Of a DNA stretch of 40,039 nucleotides, positions 37,208 through 40,039 are shown piece after piece. The translations under genes were made by a program, and so were the position numbers. A model generated the notes under the pieces. It saw only the letters and a program-made list of their open reading frames with translations, ran no database searches and was not told the DNA's origin. How positions within the stretch are numbered: the stretch's first letter is position 1; every line of letters starts with the position of its first letter. This DNA comes from an uncultured Polyangiaceae bacterium (lineage in GTDB: Bacteria; Desulfobacterota; Binatia; UTPRO1), in NCBI GenBank assembly GCA_964631985.1, contig CAZWAX010000004.1:1-40039 (forward strand), given 5' to 3'.

Positions 37208-37480
37208 CTAGTCTACTGGGCGCTCAATCGCTGCACGACGAGACCGAGCTCCTGGCCGAGGTGGAAGAGACCGCGCAGCAGGATGGCCTCGACGACGACC
37301 GCCGCCCCGGCGCCAATAACCCGAGGAGCACGGCCGCCGGAACGCGGAGACCGTCCGCACGGGCGCGAGCAGCCTGTGGAGCGGTCGCACCGGCGCCTCC
37401 GCCCCCGCGGTCGTCGGCCTCCGCCCGCGCGACAGGTCTTTCAGTCGTCGAGCCCGAGCTGTTTCGCCACGTCCTCGTGC
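37208..37480 (-). pseudogene. Heavily decayed remnant of a C39-type ABC exporter gene
   Basis: Frameshifted pieces HEDVAKQLGLD, EAPVRPLHRLL, DGLRVPAAVLLGLL and AAVVVEAILLRGLFHLGQELGLVVQRL. The first piece matches the C39 remnant at 25794-25823. Confidence 0.5.
37447..37476. repeat. 30-bp imperfect direct repeat, copy 2
   Basis: gtcgagcccgagctgtttcgccacgtcctc; all three mismatches fall at third codon positions of E(E/D)VAKQLGLD. Confidence 0.7.
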
Positions 37481-37505
37481 GAGCTCGGCCGCCACCCAGG
37501 CGGTG

Positions 37506-38462
37506 TCAACGAACGGTCATGAACGATCGCGCCCCGGCTCCACCCTTCGCGCGCCACGCCGCCACCTCGGCGACGATCCACTCGCGAAACGCCCGCACCG
37601 CCGGATCCTCGCGGCCGTCGGGGCGCATCACCAGATGGTAGGTCCAGGGCGCCGTCGCCGTGACGGCGAACGGGCGGACCAGGCGGCGCTCGCGGAGCGC
37701 GCGCTCGGCGATGACGTCGCTCGTGAGCGCGATGCCCTGCCCCGCCATCGCGGCGTCGAGCATGAGCTGGGCGTGGTCGTAGGTGAGGCGGCGCACCGGC
37801 TCGAGACCCGCGACGCCGGCCGCGGCGAGCCAGAGCGGCCAGGCGGTCGGGATGTGGACCTCCTCGAGCCAGGTGTGGTGCGCGAGGTCGGACGGCGTGC
37901 GTAGGGGCGGGCCGTTCCGCGCCCGCGGCGGCTGACAGACGGGATAGAACTCGAGCGGGAAGAGCGGCTCGGAAACGAGCCCTTCCCACGGCCCGGTGCC
38001 GAAACGGATCGCGAGGTCGACGGGGTCGCGCGCGAAGTCGGCGTAGCGGGTGGTCGCCTCCATCGCAACGTCGACGTCGGGATGCGCCCGTTCGAAGGCC
38101 GGCAGGCGCGGCACGAGCCAGTTGCCGGCGAAGCTCGCGAGCACGCTGAGGCGGAGCCGGCGGCGCCCGCCCGCGCTCGCCGGCGTGATCGTCTTGAGCG
38201 CGGCGCTCGCGTCGTCGAGACGCCGAAGCGCGTCGGCGACGCGGGTAAGATACACGGCGCCGTCCGGGGTGAGCGCGAGCCCCCGCGGCTGGCGCGTGAA
38301 GAGCGGCCGGCCGAGCTCGTCTTCGAGCGCGCGGATCTGCCGACTGACCGCCGAGGTGGTGACGCAGAGCTCGACGGCGGCGTTCGTGAAGCTCAGGTGC
38401 CGGCCGGCCGCCTCGAATACCCGGAGAGCCGCCAGCGACGGAAGATGTGTGAACGGCGCCAT
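37506..38462 (-). CDS. LysR-family transcriptional regulator, GcvA-like
   Basis: LPSLAALRVFEAAGRHLSFTNAAVELCVTTSAVSRQIRALEDELG HTH; WLVPRLPAF and VDLAIRFG. Confidence 0.95.
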   Translation of the reverse strand: MAPFTHLPSLAALRVFEAAGRHLSFTNAAVELCVTTSAVSRQIRALEDELGRPLFTRQPRGLALTPDGAVYLTRVADALRRLDDASAALKTITPASAGGRRRLRLSVLASFAGNWLVPRLPAFERAHPDVDVAMEATTRYADFARDPVDLAIRFGTGPWEGLVSEPLFPLEFYPVCQPPRARNGPPLRTPSDLAHHTWLEEVHIPTAWPLWLAAAGVAGLEPVRRLTYDHAQLMLDAAMAGQGIALTSDVIAERALRERRLVRPFAVTATAPWTYHLVMRPDGREDPAVRAFREWIVAEVAAWRAKGGAGARSFMTVR

Positions 38463-38554
38463 CGCGGGCGCACGCTAGGGAACGCGTTGGGACGAAGCAA
38501 ACCAGATGGCGGCGATGGTCGTGGCGCGAACGGTGCGCGTGCCCGACGCCCAGC

Positions 38555-40027
38555 TCAGCGGACCGCCGTGGGGGCGCGCGGCCCCTCGCACCCCGCGGGG
38601 GTCGTGCGTTCGACCGTCCCGAACTTGGCGAGCTGGGGCGCGATCTTGTCGGCCGGGCCGACGATGACGATGGCGGCGTCGGTGGTGGGCACCCAGCGCT
38701 TTGCGATCTGCTGCACGTCGGCGAGCGAGGTCGCGTTGACGCGCGCGGGGAACGCTTCGAGGTCGCTCCGCGGGAGCCCGAAGCCGGCGAGCTCGGCAAG
38801 CTTGCCCGCGACCGCGCCCGGCGTCTCGAGCTGCTTCGGGAACTGTCCGGTGAGGAGACTCTGGGAGCGCGCCAGCTCCTCGGCCGTGGCGCCCTCGGCC
38901 GCGAACTTGGCGAGCACGTCGAGGGCGACCTGCAACGCCTCGCCCGTCGTCTCGACCTTGGTGAACGTGCCGACGCGGAAGTCCCCCGGCGCCTTCCGCG
39001 CCGCGAACCCGCTCCAGGCGCCGTACGTCAGGCTGCGCTTCACGCGCAGCTCGTCGATCAGCCGGGCGCCGAAGCCGCCGCCGAGGATCGTGCTGGCGAC
39101 GTTGGCGGGCACGTAGCTCGGGTCGGTGCGGGCGATGGCCGTGTTGCCGATGCGGATGTGGGTCTGGGTCGCGTCGGGCTTGTCGACGAGCAGGAGGCGA
39201 CGACCGCTGATGCGCGCCGGCGCCGCGGGCGGCGCCAGGGTGGTGCCGGCCTTCTTCCATCCGCCGAACGTGCGCTCGGCCTTGGCGAGCAGGTCCGCGG
39301 CGCTGGCGTCGCCGATGATGACCAGGATGGCGCGGTCGGGCACGTAGTGGCGCGCATAGAAGCTTTGCACGTCGGCGCGGCCGAGCCGCGTCACGCTCGC
39401 CTCGGTGCCCTGCGAGAGGTGGCCGTAGGGATGGGAACCGTACACCCAGCGGGCGTAGCAGAGCTCGGCGACCGCCGCCGGACTCTCGCGCCCGGCGACG
39501 ATGCCGGCGAGCGCCAGACCTTGCGCGCGCCGGAGCTCTTCCGGGCTGAAGGCCGGATGGAGCACGATGTCGGCGAAGAGATCGAGCCCGGCATCGAGAT
39601 CCTTGCTCAGGAACTCGCCCGCGACCGTCGAGAAGTCGGTGCCGGCGTCGGCGCCGAGGTTGCCGCCGAGGAACTCGACCTCGCGCGCCAGCTCTTCGGC
39701 GCTGCGCCGGGTGGTGCCCTGGTCGAGGAGCGCGGCCGTGAGCTCGGCGATGCCCTCCTTCCCCGCCGGATCGTAGGCGGCGCCGCCGGGCAGCAACAGA
39801 TTGAAGCGCATGATCGGGAGCGCGTGGTACTCGGAGACCAGCACGGTGAGCCCGTTCGACAGCACGCGCTCGGTCACCTGCGGCATCGTGACGGCGGCCG
39901 CGGGCTTGCCGATCGGCGGCGGCGTCGACGTGCCGAGGCCGAAGCGCACGGCGCGCGACGCGCACCCGCTCGTGAGCAGCGCCGTGCCGACGAGCACGAG
40001 CGCGGTCCGGAGCATCCGCGGCGTCAT
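38555..40027 (-). CDS. M16 (pitrilysin) family peptidase, non-catalytic-type subunit, lipoprotein
   Basis: Lipobox LTSGC; LSNGLTVLV, YGSHPYG, ILGGGFGARL and ELRVKRSLTYG. The HxxEH position reads GIAELTAALL (no Zn site). The ATGA at 40024-40027 suggests a coupled upstream partner outside the window. Confidence 0.9.
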   Translation of the reverse strand: MTPRMLRTALVLVGTALLTSGCASRAVRFGLGTSTPPPIGKPAAAVTMPQVTERVLSNGLTVLVSEYHALPIMRFNLLLPGGAAYDPAGKEGIAELTAALLDQGTTRRSAEELAREVEFLGGNLGADAGTDFSTVAGEFLSKDLDAGLDLFADIVLHPAFSPEELRRAQGLALAGIVAGRESPAAVAELCYARWVYGSHPYGHLSQGTEASVTRLGRADVQSFYARHYVPDRAILVIIGDASAADLLAKAERTFGGWKKAGTTLAPPAAPARISGRRLLLVDKPDATQTHIRIGNTAIARTDPSYVPANVASTILGGGFGARLIDELRVKRSLTYGAWSGFAARKAPGDFRVGTFTKVETTGEALQVALDVLAKFAAEGATAEELARSQSLLTGQFPKQLETPGAVAGKLAELAGFGLPRSDLEAFPARVNATSLADVQQIAKRWVPTTDAAIVIVGPADKIAPQLAKFGTVERTTPAGCEGPRAPTAVR

Positions 40028-40039
40028 CGCGTCGCCTCG

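Overview
A very GC-rich bacterial window with about 33 genes or gene remnants. I found no rRNA, tRNA, CRISPR array, integrase or transposase. The many Cys-rich secreted proteins (CGDG...CDDGN repeats, helical Cys repeats, a dockerin-like domain, DUF1566, a TolB-like propeller) suggest a deltaproteobacterial lineage such as Candidatus Binatia; this is inference only. From left to right: (1) a sigma54-type operon (NtrC-family regulator plus two secreted proteins) with a -24/-12 promoter and tandem enhancer-like palindromes; (2) metabolic and detoxification genes (VOC, GFA-SnoaL fusion, NADP-dependent reductase, esterase, Rieske oxygenase, GST, acyl-CoA dehydrogenase, epimerase, acetyltransferase), interrupted by a two-gene cassette encoding a Cas2/VapD-like protein and a PIN nuclease; (3) a membrane adenylate/guanylate cyclase with a locally corrupted catalytic segment; (4) a secreted-protein region with several pseudogenes; (5) an ~11 kb block (tandem-domain secreted protein, methyltransferase, LolD/FtsX-type ABC system, outer-membrane barrel, LolA-like protein, two paralogous 14-Cys secreted proteins) bracketed by two decayed remnants of a peptidase-C39 ABC exporter gene; (6) a LysR regulator and an M16 peptidase subunit. 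The best candidates for undescribed systems are the envelope-transport block and the Cas2-like/PIN pair.
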